Under the pieces are notes generated by a model. It was not told the origin of the DNA. It saw only the letters and a list, made by a program, of their open reading frames with translations, and did no database searches. A stretch of 63,175 nt of DNA, counting the filler, from Nemertoderma westbladi (taxonomy: Eukaryota > Animalia > Xenacoelomorpha), in the NCBI GenBank assembly GCA_032718475.1. It is 4 parts of 4 records of this genome, joined end to end, with 100 filler letters (N's around TTAATTAATTAA, not from the genome) between each part and the next. Parts side by side here need not be neighbours in the genome. Positions count along the whole stretch, not along the records: positions 48,742 to 56,987 come from JAUCBJ010004564.1; positions 57,088 to 63,175 come from JAUCBJ010002534.1; 2 more parts are not named here. One strand, 5' to 3'. The translations under genes were made by a program, and so were the position numbers. Positions 49,929-63,175 of this stretch are shown in pieces (within the stretch, counting starts at the first letter, position 1; every line of letters begins with the position of its first letter).

Positions 49929-52165
49929 CTCAACTACTTGAAGACAAGTTACTACTGGATAATAAATACAATCAACCACCTAAGAGTAACATAGGCCTTT
50001 TCTATTGGTAGTACTGTACTTGGGTAACGCAGCAAAACACTTGGTTGAAGATGATATGTATACAAACACTACCGGGAAATTAATGGATATAATTGAAATA
50101 ATAAATAATTATATATATATAAATAATAATATAAATAATATACAAATAATAATAAATACAATAATCGCAGTAACTAAATCAGGTGCTGCCTAAAATCGCC
50201 TTTCTACTGCTGCATTGAAGAAGGTTGGTTGCAAAACGTATGTTGAAGATCTCAACGATAAATTCCCTTCAATGTTAAATTTCGAACAATATCAAATGTT
50301 CCAGAATGGAAAATATTAATTGTGATTAATAAAAAAAACTATATTCAGGGGCCAACTTTCACAAGCAACATCTGGCGCACCGCTGGACACCGCGCCATTT
50401 AATATCACGATCCACTGGAAGCTATGCAGCATTAAAAAACCATCCCACGAAATATCTGAGACTGCACCTGAAAACAGAGGAAGTACATCTACTTGCATTT
50501 ACCATATATTTGACTGGAAATCATGCCAACCAGCAACATATGTATAATCGCCCTTTTTATTTAGCTGGCTTTTTTTTGTTTTTGTTTTTCTTTGTATGCA
50601 CTTTTTACTTACATTTTAATGCTTCATTTTATTAACGTGCTTTTATCAGAAAACTAAAGCGCCAATAAACCATTTTACCCCGTGGGTGGGATAAATGATT
50701 ACCCCGTGGGGTAATTATCTTCTAACTTCCCATACATCTTTAAATAAAGTGCCGGAATATATTATTATTTAATGTATAAAAGATAATTTTTATTAAAATA
50801 TAATAATATTACAATATTACCTGGACAATATTAAGGGGGGAGGGGGGTGCGTGGTGGGGATGGTACCCCCAAATAGAGCCTCACATTTGTTCAGAATATC
50901 ACCCCATTTCAGTTAAAATTAACTGATAAATAGCTTTTTCATGAAAAAACGTCATTCTGAGATATATAGGCCTACTCACTCATATAGGTGTTTAGGATCA
51001 ATTCAAACTTTCCAGCTCTTTTAGATAGGCACCTAATACCATTTTTCTTTGTTCAACAATAACTTTGTCAAAAATGTATGAAATTCAACGAAATTTTTCG
51101 GGGGAACTATCGAAAATGCATCTTTGTACAAAATATAGTCAAAATATAAGTACGTTTTTTGTTAGAGTATCAACTAATTAGATAATCCAGATATTAGCTG
51201 AGCTGCTGTCACGTCGTTTGGTTAAAAGATTAGCTACTGTACACGTAACTACTGGATGTAGTACAGTATAACGCGCATGTTAGAGGTTCAATTTTATTGT
51301 AAATAAATGGTTATGCATTATTGCAGGATTATTATTACATGCATAATTATTTCATGCACGCAAGGCAGGCATGCATGCATGCATTATTTTATTTTAGTGG
51401 AAACAGTTCTCAATGTAATTTTCATTATTACATGTGTATTGTATGAATATTTGAAATTGGCCTAATCGATTAATTGATATTTTTCTATAGTAATTATTAC
51501 ATTTACATACATACCAAACACAACGGAAGGGACATGATACGATATGATTCATGTTTACTTTATGTATGTAACATACTGTATTGCCAATCTCGGGTATGAA
51601 TCACCAGGAATCATTATAACTTTTCTCTGTGAGCTGATTTGCTATCCTTCAACCAACACTCTGGAGTACTGGGTCTTTACAACAATTCTTTACTTCTGCC
51701 GTTCTTCAACACCAAATCAATAAACACATAAACGTATTGCGTTAACCAGAACCGAGCGGTACATTAATTCTACCCCCACACCAAAGAGGCTGCACTACAT
51801 CCCTACCTATAATTCATACTGTAGTGGAATACAATAAATATAATGAATATTACACTATATATATACCAATTACATACCGGTAAACAAACAACAATAACAA
51901 ACATATATATATATATATACTGTATGTAGTTACTGTATGTGTATATACCAATTACATATCGGTATTTATTGTAGTTACTGTATATATACTACTGTACGTA
52001 CATGTACTATACATGTACATGTACTGCACATATACTACTAGTTACTGGTAGTTACTGTATGTATATACCAATTACATATCGGTATAATAGGCTGAACCAA
52101 AATACTATGTACAGGTACACTTACAGTATAATTGAAATGACTGTGTGCCAAATTATTTATTACTA

Positions 52166-54466
52166 CTGTACTACTACTACAACTACTACTAGGTCGAGCG
52201 AACTCGGACAGTGGAAATGAGATCCTTCCAGGCTTCCCGATTCTCCAAAGTTGTCGCAATTTCGTTTCTCCCAAGTTCAGTATCCCTTTCAAGTTGATCT
52301 ATATATGTTATGGCAGGTCGTCCTCGACTACGCATTCCATGAGTTGGTTGCCAGAAAAGTAGATCTGGCATGGCCTCGTCTTTACTTCGCCAGCAGTGCC
52401 CACTGAATCTTAATCTGCGTTCACGGAGAGTGGTTGATACAGGTGGTATTGTACCATAAAGCTCGGTGTTTGTCATGTGTTGTCTCCAGCTGATGTTTAG
52501 GGCTGCCCTTAGTAGTCTTGTGTAGCAACCATCAATTCGTTGTTCAAGTGATTTAGTCAGTGTCCAGGTCTCACCCCCGTATAAAAATACACTTTCCACT
52601 GTGGCTCGAAATAACTTAGTCTTCTGGTGCCTGGAGAGATCTGATTTCCAGATGGTATCCATTTTTGATAGAGCTACCCAAGCCTTTGCTTTCCTAACTT
52701 CTATGTCCTTTTTGCTACTCTCTATCCATGATCCAAGGTACTGGAAGTCATCGACCTTCCTTAGTTGATTATTATTAATGGTTGTCAAGTTTCCATCAAC
52801 ATTAAAAGTCATGAATTCGGTCTTAGTAGCATTTATATACAATCCAACCTCCTTAGCAGCCCTCTCCACACTCTATTTAGTAGAAGCTGTGCATCTGCTA
52901 GCGTATTAGAGAGCAGGACGATGTCATCCGCAAAATCGGTGTCTGTGACTGTAGTTGCCGGATATCTACTACTTCTGCGTTCTTGAAGTGTGAATCCCAG
53001 ATCTTCACCCTTTGTGGCCGTCCTCATTGCGTAATCCAGCACAATTACAAATAGTAATGGTGCTAATGTGTCACCTTGCAGTACGCTAGCCAGGATTGAG
53101 AAAAACTCAGTTTCACCATCTGGCGAGAGTACCTGTGCTTCTGTGTCATAATATAACAATCCAATGCCGGCAACAATTACTTCTGGTATTCCATAAGCTC
53201 TTTGGATTTCAAGCATTTTACCTCTATGGATGGATTCGAATGCCTTCTTGGAGTCCACAAAAGTCATCACTGCGGGGAGATTCTTTGACTTATTTCCTCC
53301 AATCAGTCTCCGTAGTGCAAGTATCTGAGCTATTGTTGATCTATTTGGTCGAAATCCGTTTTGGCTCTTATGCAGTAGTTTCTCAATGTGAGGCATAATC
53401 CTATATAGAATCATTTTATTGTATATTTTGGCAGCTACCACAAGCAGACAGATCCCACGATAGTTTGTTGGTATACCGAGGTCTCTTTCTTGGGGAGAGG
53501 CTTTAGTTGACCTGACCTATAGTCCAAATTGGTGGTGGCTTTTCCCCTTTTAACATCCGGTTGCAAACATTTAATAATGGTCTATTTAGCACTCCTGTTT
53601 TACATACCTCCGCTGGGATTTCATCAAATCCACTCGCTTTATTATTGGACATGCTTTAATGCTTCTTTGGAGGTCGGCAGGTGTGAAGGCCCCTGTTTCT
53701 ATAGGTAGTGTCTTGTCATATATTTTCCTTCTAGGGCTGACCTCGATGTTTGGTGGCTGCCCAAGCAAGTTGCTGAAGTGATTTTTCCACCTCCCAACAC
53801 GTTCTTCAGGACTATCGGCTTTGAGGCGCCCCTTGGCACAACTTTTCCGACCAGATACCTCATTTACAGTTTGCCATGTAAGTCTTGATTGTTGCTGTAT
53901 GTGAGCAGTTGGTATTGCTTGAATTTTATCCTGTATGTACTTTTCCTGGCTGATGTTGTAGGCCAATTTAAGGTCGTCCTTAGCTTTCTCAACATTGTTA
54001 ATGTTTTCGGTTGTTGGTTGTTCGGTTTTTATTTTGTAGGCTATCTTAAGATCTTCTCTCTTACAAGTATCCTCAGAGTTTTGCCATGGCACATACTGTT
54101 ATCGTTTGGGTTTCTGGGGGATATGCCTCTTAGCTGATTCCTTGTGGGCTTTTATTATATTCTGGTATATTGAATCGGTGGATTGGTCTTCATCCATTGA
54201 CTGAAGTGCTTCAAAGCGGTTTTGAACTTCTACGGTGTAAGCATCCTTTACTGCATTGTCAGTTCTGAGTTTCTCCCAGTCATAGTTGATTTGCTTGCTT
54301 ATCCTGGGTTTGCTGGCTCTCAAACTGAGTCTGATCTCTGCAGTCACAATCTGTGGTCCGAACCAATTAGGTTGAACGAGCTGTATGCCGTGCAGTGGAT
54401 CATGCAGTTTCTCCACTTTTTGTTTATAAGGATGTAATCCAGTTGTGCTTTGGTTCCATTAGGATG
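52166..54466 (-). mobile_element. RTE LINE family 2, 2.3-kb 5'-truncated frameshifted copy (APE C-terminus, RT, 3' tail)
   Basis: AQLDYILINKKW...GSDHR (APE end), QNGFRPNRST, VLQGDTLAP, DTDFADD, (TAG)n tail. Confidence 0.95.
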
Positions 54467-55169
54467 TTAATTATTTATTAACTAATATTTATTTAACTAA
54501 TGTAAATAAGAAACAAAAAATATGTAAACCTTATGTTTAGCCTAAAGACGTACAGTTTGCCACAGACTAGAATATACTGAAGTATTTATTTATAGAATAA
54601 ATACTATGTTCTAGAAGTCCTAGCGTCTTAATGAACAATGGAGGAATTTATTTATAAACTAAACTAATTGCTTGGTTTGACAAATTTATTATTATTTAAT
54701 TTAATATTTTTTCCCCAAAATAATAATCTATTCACTAATTTTTACTTGTAATGTATTAATAATTCAATATAATACATTAGGTACTGTATGATTGTAGGCA
54801 TGATTAAGTAGATTAGGTAGGGTATAAATGTATGCAGCATTCACTCCACATAACTTCTTTAAAGTGGAACTTGCTGCCTGTAAACAGGACTAGCTAAATA
54901 CAATATAATTCTAAATTATTGATTTTCAACAGCAGTGACGCTTTTCAAACGCACCATCCAACCATCATATTTATTTTGCCAAATAAACAACTTAATGTGC
55001 GCGCGCAGCTAATCTGCGAGCACAAGTTTAATAATTACCCACATTTCAAAATGTCGTATTTTTGATATTTCAGAACCAGTTAATAATTTATTTTATAAAG
55101 GCACCTTTTTTGTTTTATTGTGGCCTACGTTACTTATTTAACTGTAAATTATCAATTAAGATAATAATA

Positions 55170-55655
55170 ATGAGTGTCAAGGCAGTTTGCGTTCTCCGTG
55201 GTGATGAAGGTGTTTCCGGAACACTTTACCTGGAAGAGAAACCCAAACAACCAGTCCACATAACCGGGGAAATCAAGGGATTGACCCCGGGCGAACACGG
55301 GTTCCATGTACACGAGTTCGGAGACAACACTCAGGGGTGTGTTAGTGCCGGCGGCCATTATAATCCCTTCGGACAGACCCACGGGGGTCCTAACGATACA
55401 ACCAGACATGTTGGAGATCTCGGCAACGTTGTAGCTGGCGCTGATGGTGTTGCCAAGATCGATATAGCTGATAACCTTGTTAAGGTTATTGGCGAAACCT
55501 CTGTGATAGGCCGTACTTTGGTGGTACACGCGAAGGTTGATGATCTGGGTAAAGGGGGAGATGCCGAGAGCCTCAAGACGGGGAACGCCGGTGCTAGAGT
55601 CGCCTGTGGTGTTATCGGAATTGGTAAGTTATTTATTGTGGGGCGAGCCACGTAA
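55170..55655 (+). CDS. SOD1: Cytosolic Cu/Zn superoxide dismutase; the last residues depend on a probable donor at 55623/55624
   Basis: [67 protein letters not shown]; metal ligands, disulfide cysteines and catalytic Arg present; no signal peptide. Confidence 0.96.
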   Translation: MSVKAVCVLRGDEGVSGTLYLEEKPKQPVHITGEIKGLTPGEHGFHVHEFGDNTQGCVSAGGHYNPFGQTHGGPNDTTRHVGDLGNVVAGADGVAKIDIADNLVKVIGETSVIGRTLVVHAKVDDLGKGGDAESLKTGNAGARVACGVIGIGKLFIVGRAT

Positions 55656-55920
55656 GTCCAGCGTAGGGGTATAATTAGTGGACCCGTCCGTGTCCGCGTC
55701 GTTATCGAAAATGTTTGAACTCGAATAAGTCGGTCAATTTTTGATTAAATTGACCAAATTTTGTACACATGTAGTCTATGAAGAGTTTATAAATTCTACA
55801 CACAGACTGACTTCTTTAGTTGATCACTCAACCGCTAAGGGGCGAATAAGTAGGTCCACTAATTGTACTTCTAGACAAAGAAGGCTCATCTGGACTTACG
55901 TGCGCCCGAAGGCCCCACGT
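55636..55920. mobile_element. ~285-bp element with multipartite inverted ends (MITE or DINE-like)
   Basis: gtggggc/gccccac, cacgtaagtccag/ctggacttacgtg and aattagtggacc/ggtccactaatt inverted pairs. Confidence 0.75.
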
Positions 55921-56987
55921 ACATGTATACTGTAGTGTAGATGCCCACCCAACTCATAGTTATTATAAATTTTTAAGAGCCTTTTTAACCTGATGTTTTC
56001 TACAATTCTACAATAATAGCCTGATGACATGGAGGTATCACTCATTGATGGAACGCTGATGCTGGTGCTGCCATATGGACCCGGCCTACTGGGTTCATCT
56101 ACAGTAGGGCCTATATTGAGTTCGGCAACAGAAAAGGAAGACATTGTCTATCCAATAGCTACCTAGATCTGATCCATTGTGGTGCTCTATGGCAGTCATT
56201 AGCTGGCTCTTACTACTGAGGAAACAATATATCTGGATGGTAGGCCCTCCATATACCGAACTGTTCCGAAGGGTACGCAATGTTATACCATAAGGAGCTA
56301 TAAATTAGGGTAGTTCCTCATTGCTAAAACGCCATCCTTCCGGCAATTCCGCCGCTTAAAGATGGATAGTCACTGGTTTTGCAGGGAGGATTATGATCGA
56401 TCACCTTTGTTTGTTTGCCACGGCCTAGTGATATGGTGGGGCATCTGTGATTGTTTATGGTATGCCTACCGAACATGTGTGAATGGATAAAAAGTACGGT
56501 TTGTACCATTACCAAATTTGCATCTGTCGATCTTACCGTATGTCTTATGATACTCTGTCAATATGCATGTAAGTAACTCTTGCTTTTGTTGTAATTAATT
56601 ATATGCTGGTATAGATTGGAATCCTTATAAATTCCCGTTTGATATCGAACGATCAACGTCAACGATCATCTCTAAGTGGTTCACTCACTAAAGAATAATG
56701 TTTCATATTATGATTGCAGCACGTCGTACATTCACTCGTACAGTACCTACGTGCGAGCCGGCGTGAAATACAGTGGTACTTTTTTTAAAATCGAACTGTA
56801 ATTACTATTAATAACTATAACTAATATAGTAATTAACATTTCATCGTTATAATATTGCAGGTGTATCTACAGTATCTGTCAGGGTTCCACCCGCATCCCG
56901 AAACGAATGTTGGCTGGACCATTCGTTGTGCGAACTTTTCCTATCCTTTGCAGTTCCGCGATGGAGATTAATATTGTTCTTCGCTGT

Positions 56988-57087
56988 NNNNNNNNNNNNN
57001 NNNNNNNNNNNNNNNNNNNNNNNNNNNNNNNTTAATTAATTAANNNNNNNNNNNNNNNNNNNNNNNNNNNNNNNNNNNNNNNNNNNN
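56988..57087. other. Artificial contig linker
   Basis: N44-TTAATTAATTAA-N44. Confidence 0.98.
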
Positions 57088-57088
57088 A

Positions 57089-59099
57089 CAGTCGGGGTCT
57101 CAAAGTGCATCTGTTCTTTGAGATTTTCTCAAAGAACTAAAAGTGTCTCAAATTTCTAAAAGTGGTTCAAGAAAATGACAAAGTGTCCTCAAAGATTTCA
57201 AAGTACTGTAGTACTGTCAGTCATTTCATACAGTCCTGCCTGAAGCTGGCTATGGTATGGGGTATATTGACTTTAACTACTAAAGGGTAAAATATAAGAA
57301 ATAAAAACCTCTATGAAACAATAAAGATGCCTCCAAAAAATACTGCAGTAATAAATATTTGTTTCTAAAAGTAAGAATTAAACTTACTGCAGTAATAAAA
57401 AATTGTCTTTTTCTGCAGTAACAAATAATTTGTTACTGCAGTAGAAATTTGTATTCAATTATTTATTAATATTGATTACTGCAGTATTAATTTTTATTCA
57501 ATTATTTATTAATTTATTAATATTGATTATTGCAGTAATAAATATTTGTTACTGCAGTAATAAATATTTATTACTGCAGTAATAAATATTTGTTACTGCA
57601 GTAATTGTTATATGTTACTGCAGTAACTAATATTTAATACAGCAGTATTTTTTGTAGGAATTTTTATTGTTTCATAGAGGATTTTATTAATTTATATTTG
57701 GGCTCTTTAGAGACGCCGTAATTGCGGGCTATCGGAATGTGTTGGTATTTGTGTCATAGACAGTTTGTCTGTTGCCCTATCTATATTAATGTATAGTGCT
57801 AAAACTGTACTGTTTAAATTTGTTTAGCCCACGTGAACGCCGAATACCTTTACCAATGCATTTCAATGGTCAACCAGCCATACTTTGCCGCACTGTAAAT
57901 TGTATTATACAAAGTAAAGAATAACGATAGAGGCAGGAATAAAGATAAATGATTCAAGCGCACTAATTGGCTGTTCCCATAGATGTTTTAGGCATTGTTG
58001 GTGCGCAATGCATATGGTCAGAGCGACCGCCCAGTCTGCCAAAATCTATTATGTAATAAAATGGTACCACAAGCCAAGCAAAGCATGTTACAGTTCTTTC
58101 CGACTCTGCACCTGTTTGTTTGAAGGTCGCCGACCGTGGGTCGCTACTCACTAGCTGTGATTGATAGTTTAAACTGGGTGCCGCTTTGCCAGAAGGCGGT
58201 ACACATCAATTGAATATGAGGCAAACATTTAAAATATGCTCAAATATAAACGCCAGCGGCAGGGGATATTTTAATATCTCTATTAAGCTAAAACAACACA
58301 AGAGTGTAGCCGTTCTATCGTACTTGAAAGTCGAAAGCCTTTCTTAGTTTTTAAGAAGGAATTCTCGCGCTCTCGTCAACATAGTTATCATATTAATTAA
58401 ACAGTAAAGGTAGTACGGTTTGACCTGAGGTGACTAATGAAATGAATAACAAAAGTTATTACAAGCTTTCTCCCAACAGGGCTTCTTTAGGTCATTATAA
58501 TGAAGCTGCGTATACACAGAGAAACTACAGTGCAGTTTCTCTTATATTAATTGTTAATCTGATATTGTATTATGTTATTAAAATAATCAATCTTGTCAAG
58601 CATTAATCTTGTTTCACAAATGTTTCATGTATTATTTGAATGAATGTTTTTTAGAAAGACTTTAGGGTGCCGTAAATTCAATTTGTACTTGAGACCGAAA
58701 ACCCATCCCGTAATGACCTCAGGAACCACAATTTGATAAATTAATGGAAATATAGCTTCTATGCAACAACTGGCCAACACACAAGTATCACTTTGTTGCC
58801 CGCATAATATTGTTCCCCGAGAATGCCTCTGCCTCTCAGTTAACTTACCACGAGCTGTCAATCAGGAATACCTCGGAGTTTATTTTCTCAAAGAATTAAA
58901 AGTGCCGCAAACTACCTCAAAGTGACATTTCTCAAAGAATTCAAAGTGCCTAAAAGCAGGAAATCACTTTGAAATTCCCAACTAAAAGTGTCTACAAGAA
59001 TTCAAAGCGGCCGTTGGGAGTAATGTAATGACTTTTAGACACTTTTAGAAAAACTTTGAGAAAATCTCAAAGAACAGATGCACTTTGAGACCCCGACTG
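57089..59099. mobile_element. 2-kb non-autonomous DNA transposon with ~46-bp perfect TIRs, TA flank (Tc1/mariner-like)
   Basis: cagtcggggtctcaaagtgcatctgttctttgagattttctcaaag and its reverse complement ending at 59099, followed by TA; subterminal ctcaaag/aaagtg repeats. Confidence 0.9.
57278..57712. mobile_element. Nested palindromic MITE with internal ttactgcagtaa repeats
   Basis: aacctctatgaaacaataaa / tttattgtttcatagagg inverted arms; about 10 actgcagt palindromes inside. Confidence 0.8.
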
Positions 59100-59287
59100 T
59101 ATACTGTAGGCCTACAGTCTATTTATTATTTATATCATATTTATTGGATCTTCTAGAATTATACGGAAAATAAATCCCAATGTAACTCGATTTGAACCAG
59201 TGGATTTTACCAAAGAGCGTTCCTCTAGCAGGGATATCACGTCGTAGACGAACCATTGTTATGACCACCATCATTGACAACCACAAT

Positions 59288-61266
59288 GGGCAATTCCATC
59301 GTTACGGACTCACATTCATACGCAATTTTCGAATTTAATTGGCATATTTAATTAATAACTTTACAATATAAATAACATTCACCTATGGTGGCTGATGGAT
59401 TAATGGTACATCTTTACTTTGACTTATAAAAAAGAGTTGTATCTCATTTGATTCATAGGATATTGTAAATATAGTGCCCGTTACGGACTCACATGCAAAT
59501 GGACAAAGAAAAATTACCCAATTGTATTTTGACAAATTCTCTTGAAATGTTTAACGCCATACGTTATAACTTTCACAATGCGAGGTAGATACATCAAATT
59601 TTGTAAATTTGTAAGTTAATAGCAGAAACATATGGTGATAAACCTCATTTATAGAGAAATTGTTCGTTACGGACTCACAGAAAAAAATGTTACGGACTCA
59701 CACTTGAAATCGTTATGCACTCGTTATTTTGTTTAGAAAAAAAAGAGCAACGACCAATGAATGTTTATGGTATTTATTCAATAAATATATTTATTGCTTA
59801 TATACCTTTCGCTTTCACAATGTACCTTAAGTATCACTATTAGATATATCTTTAGTAGTGTTCATATTTTGAGTAGGCATATTTGGTGTGTGTATAGTAG
59901 TGTAAATTTAATATCCTATATGTTCATATGACCATAATTTGTTAAAATGACCAATTTCTAATTCTTTCACAACATAAATACCACGTTCACGGAAAATTTT
60001 TTATACTGGAAAATAAATTTTGAACAGTATTTCGTTGTATTTATGTTTTACGATCACTACTATCACAGTACTTAAGTTATTCCACCTTGGCGTAGTTGGT
60101 TAAATCAGTGGCATTGAAATCACATCTCTCCTTGGGTCGTGGGTTCGATCCCATCATGAGGGCTAGGGTAGTTTTCGTTTCGGCACGAATACTTTAAAGA
60201 CAATAAAGAGACTTATTAGCCAGGGCGCATCTCTTCCTTCCGTAAATGGTAGCTAAATGAGAACTGGAGTTTCCTCTGGGGGAATATAGGAGGGGACCGC
60301 ACTGGAAAATATACACTTTATTATTGAGACTTTGTGCGTAATCCCTGGTCTAACTGACGATATGTTTTGTATCTCAATCCATCATTCGCTCACTCGTTTC
60401 ATGAAATCTTGGCGAACTTCGAGTGTATCATACTATACCATCTTGGTCAGTAACTTCTGTCATCCGTGATATATGCTGTTTGGCCCTTTCGGCCCAGAAA
60501 TGTGAGTATTAGACGTAAGAGACAGGATTAAACGGGCGCAATGAAGAATGTCGTACATTAGGATGATGTATGAATGAATACGTTCGAATCTACTGTCGAT
60601 GGACAATTGTCAGACTAAAAGGAGCTGAATACTTTCAGTTTACATAGTGAATAATGTATACAAAGCAGAATGATTCTTACCTAACCTCCGCCTGGCGAGT
60701 CCGTAACGGAAAATTTGTGAGTCCGTAACGCTATTCTTAAACAGTTCAGCTGCAATACAGACCATAGAGACCTAATGGATGGTTTTGATTGGTTGTAAAC
60801 CCAAAGGAAAATGATTGTCAGTGCAATACACATGCGGGGTGTACTCCAAATTAAAACTTTAAGTACTTTTCGTTACGGACTCACATAATTCTGTAGGCCA
60901 AATCTAAAATTTTTGAAACATTGAATACACAATGCTATTCTGTCAATATTCAAATTTTTATCATCAATAAGCTTCTAATAAATGTTGAATTTTCGGTTGG
61001 TGTAATTACCTGTCTTAATCAGACAATTTCAATGATAGTAAGATTATGTCAAAAATGACATGTAATAATTTCTGCAAATTTGAAAATATGTAAAAAAAAT
61101 TTCTCATATTCAATAATGAAAAACCAGTTGTCACCCTCAAAAAAATTAAGAATCCGTCACTTTTATTAAAAATTTCATTCTTTCTCGTCATTTTGATACC
61201 AAAATTATGCTGATTAGATGACTTTTTATTTTCGACATAAGTGTTACATCAATGGTGGAATTGCCC
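59288..61266. mobile_element. 2-kb non-autonomous TIR element (Harbinger- or Sola-like)
   Basis: TIR gggcaattcca/tggaattgccc; aat on both flanks; gttacggactcac motif 5x forward and 2x inverted. Confidence 0.8.
60081..60352 (+). mobile_element. tRNA-derived SINE nested in the TIR element
   Basis: A box tggcgtagttgg, B box ggttcgatccc, no intact cloverleaf; 3' tail similar to 46134-46176. Confidence 0.75.
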
Positions 61267-62090
61267 AATATGTAATTACAGTATATGTTATTGTTAGTGC
61301 AAGTCATGGGCTTTAAATAATTATGGAAAATAAACATATCCTGACCAGGACCTTCTATTTTTTTCTGTCATTTTTTTACATTACTGCTTTAGTTTTCCCC
61401 CCTATCTGACTGTTTGGTAGTGTGCCGTACTCAAGAACCAGTGTACTGTTGTAGGCCTATCAGTACTACAGTTACAGTACATAAGTAATATGTAAGTAAT
61501 ATGTACCGGTAGCAAGGCGTACTATATACAAGGCCATACCATCGAGTTAACTGGGGGCAAGATTATTTTTTTACAACAATATGATATTTTGATATGGGGA
61601 GAGTTCTATAAATTTTAATTTGCTCCAATTTGGTCAATGGACGTAATTGAAGCATCCTCGTTAAGTAAGATACAAAATTTTATGGTATTTTATGGTTTTC
61701 TAGTGCTTTGGTGTTGGTGTTATTTATTAGTGTCATAATAGTTTATATTGTATCTATATAGTTATTACATTACTAGACACGTGACATATTGCCTAAGTAC
61801 AAATGTTATAAATAAAAACAATATGCTATAAAATATGTTATTTAAAATTAAGAACTATATAATGTAAAGTACAATTATTATTTTAACGCCACATACTGTA
61901 TGTACAAAGTTTTAGTGCAAAAAAAAGAGTATTTTAAAATGAAGGTCTCTTTATTAGGTAGGTTTAGCTAGTAATTTCGACACTCTTGTTCCGACATCCT
62001 ACTTCCCTCTATAAAAATTTTGTAGTAGCTAGTTCTTATTACTATTTGTATAGAAAATGTTCCAGAAGATGTTAGTTATTCACTTTTTAA

Positions 62091-62121
<31 letters not shown>

Positions 62122-62604
62122 ACACCATTTTGGTCCAAAATATGTCGAAATTTTTTTTATGGTCTATTATAATGCACCATTGAATGGTGTTTCCAAATCT
62201 GAAAACCGCTATTTAATAGCTCTTTTAGTTTTCAAGTTATGTAAATTTCCATTTAGGGAATCCTATTGAAATTACTATTACTATGTATAATGAAAGGTCG
62301 ATTATCTCCAAATATTTTTTTCATGAAATTGTCAACTTCAAAACCCTACTACTTCTACAATTTTTGAGTAATTAGTCTGAAACTTCCTGTGGGTGTCTAG
62401 ATAGCCACCCTGCATAAAAGTATCAGACAACTTTTCGAAATTTTTTGTTAATAAAATTTAATACTGTTTATAAAAAACCTAAAAATTAGCATAAATTTGC
62501 AGCGCCACCTAGCGGTGCAGAATTATTTTAACAAAATTTCGCCTGATAGTTATGTTGCCCCATCTTTGATCTATCATATAAAAAATTTTCCATATAAAAA
62601 AAAG
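62091..62604 (+). mobile_element. Left part of a probable TTAA-(G)n-start MITE
   Basis: ttaa followed by poly-G as at 31312; carries a CTCF-like motif; no right end visible. Confidence 0.45.
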
Positions 62605-63175
62605 ACCTTTCAAAGTTCATTAACCTTTACAAAACATATAACAAAATTATGTGTAAAGCCCTATCAGCGATATACTCAATCAACAAACCAAACATTTTAT
62701 CACTCCAGACCGCAATAAAACTGTTCAAACTCAAAATAAGCCCAATTGTACTTTACGGTTTCCGTGAGATTTGGCCGTTTCTATCTGTCACCAACATGGT
62801 CACACTCGATAAAATTAAAGCCGCCTACCTTAAGAAAGTATGTTGTCTACACAAATCTACCTCAAATCGTCTCGTCACAGCTATCTGCAACGAAAACACC
62901 TTGATATCTGAATTTGTTCAGCTCCTAAATCTACCTCACACACCCGTATACAAGCAATACCTGATTCTCATAAACGGAAAAATACAAGAGATTAATCCCC
63001 AATTTTGGAACTCACTGGCATTTACAAACCCCAGATGGCAGGACCCAAACTACACCAACCGACATATAATAACCCGCTTCAGCACTAACGGCTTCCACTA
63101 CAAGATTTGCACTAACTCGAGATACCATGAGGCGCAAGACAGCTGTATATGTTCACTGTGCGGGGGGGCGGCCAC
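62605..63175 (+). mobile_element. LINE ORF2 C-terminal region, running off the window
   Basis: LTFTKHI (frameshift) ...TAIKLFKLKISPIVLYGFREIW...HIITRFSTNGFHYKIC...CICSLC; post-RT and Cys-rich tail pattern. Confidence 0.75.

Noticed and set aside
55062-55169. N-terminal extension or signal peptide on SOD
   Set aside because: Depends on a TTG start in AT-rich UTR-like sequence; ATG 55170 matches the canonical SOD1 start
18953-55655. AIFM3 plus SOD1 as a redox gene cluster
   Set aside because: They are 35 kb apart and separated by an artificial linker, so linkage is unproven
60081-60160. tRNA gene
   Set aside because: A and B boxes are present, but there is no convincing acceptor or anticodon stem and the sequence continues into a SINE body

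Overview
AT-rich eukaryotic genomic DNA, most likely from an invertebrate animal (inferred from spliceosomal GT-AG introns, tRNA-derived SINEs, RTE LINEs and animal-type genes). It is made of four contigs joined by artificial 100-bp linkers (N44-TTAATTAATTAA-N44), so adjacency across 17825-17924, 48642-48741 and 56988-57087 is unproven. Three host genes are supported: an intronless Rieske/FAD oxidoreductase of the AIFM3 type (18953-20575), a three-exon four-transmembrane LAPTM/DUF4728-like gene (37279-47947, about 355 aa) and a cytosolic Cu/Zn superoxide dismutase (from 55170). The rest is nested mobile DNA: two RTE-type LINE families (one copy has an RT frame open up to a gap), other LINE remnants, LTR-element ends (BEL/Pao-like gag, Gypsy-like integrase tail), SINEs, many MITEs with clear TIRs and TSDs, and tandem arrays with 17, 26, 29, 30, 34, 36 and 42-bp units. 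There is no CRISPR array, rRNA or intact tRNA. The most unusual items are a pol-less LTR element whose 3' region is an array of repeated hairpins in C-poor purine linkers, a 14-copy minisatellite made of RFX X-box motifs, an orphan coiled-coil ORF fused to a 36-bp satellite, and paired palindrome-spacer sites near 1.9-2.5 kb. All functional ideas are hypotheses; no database searches were run.
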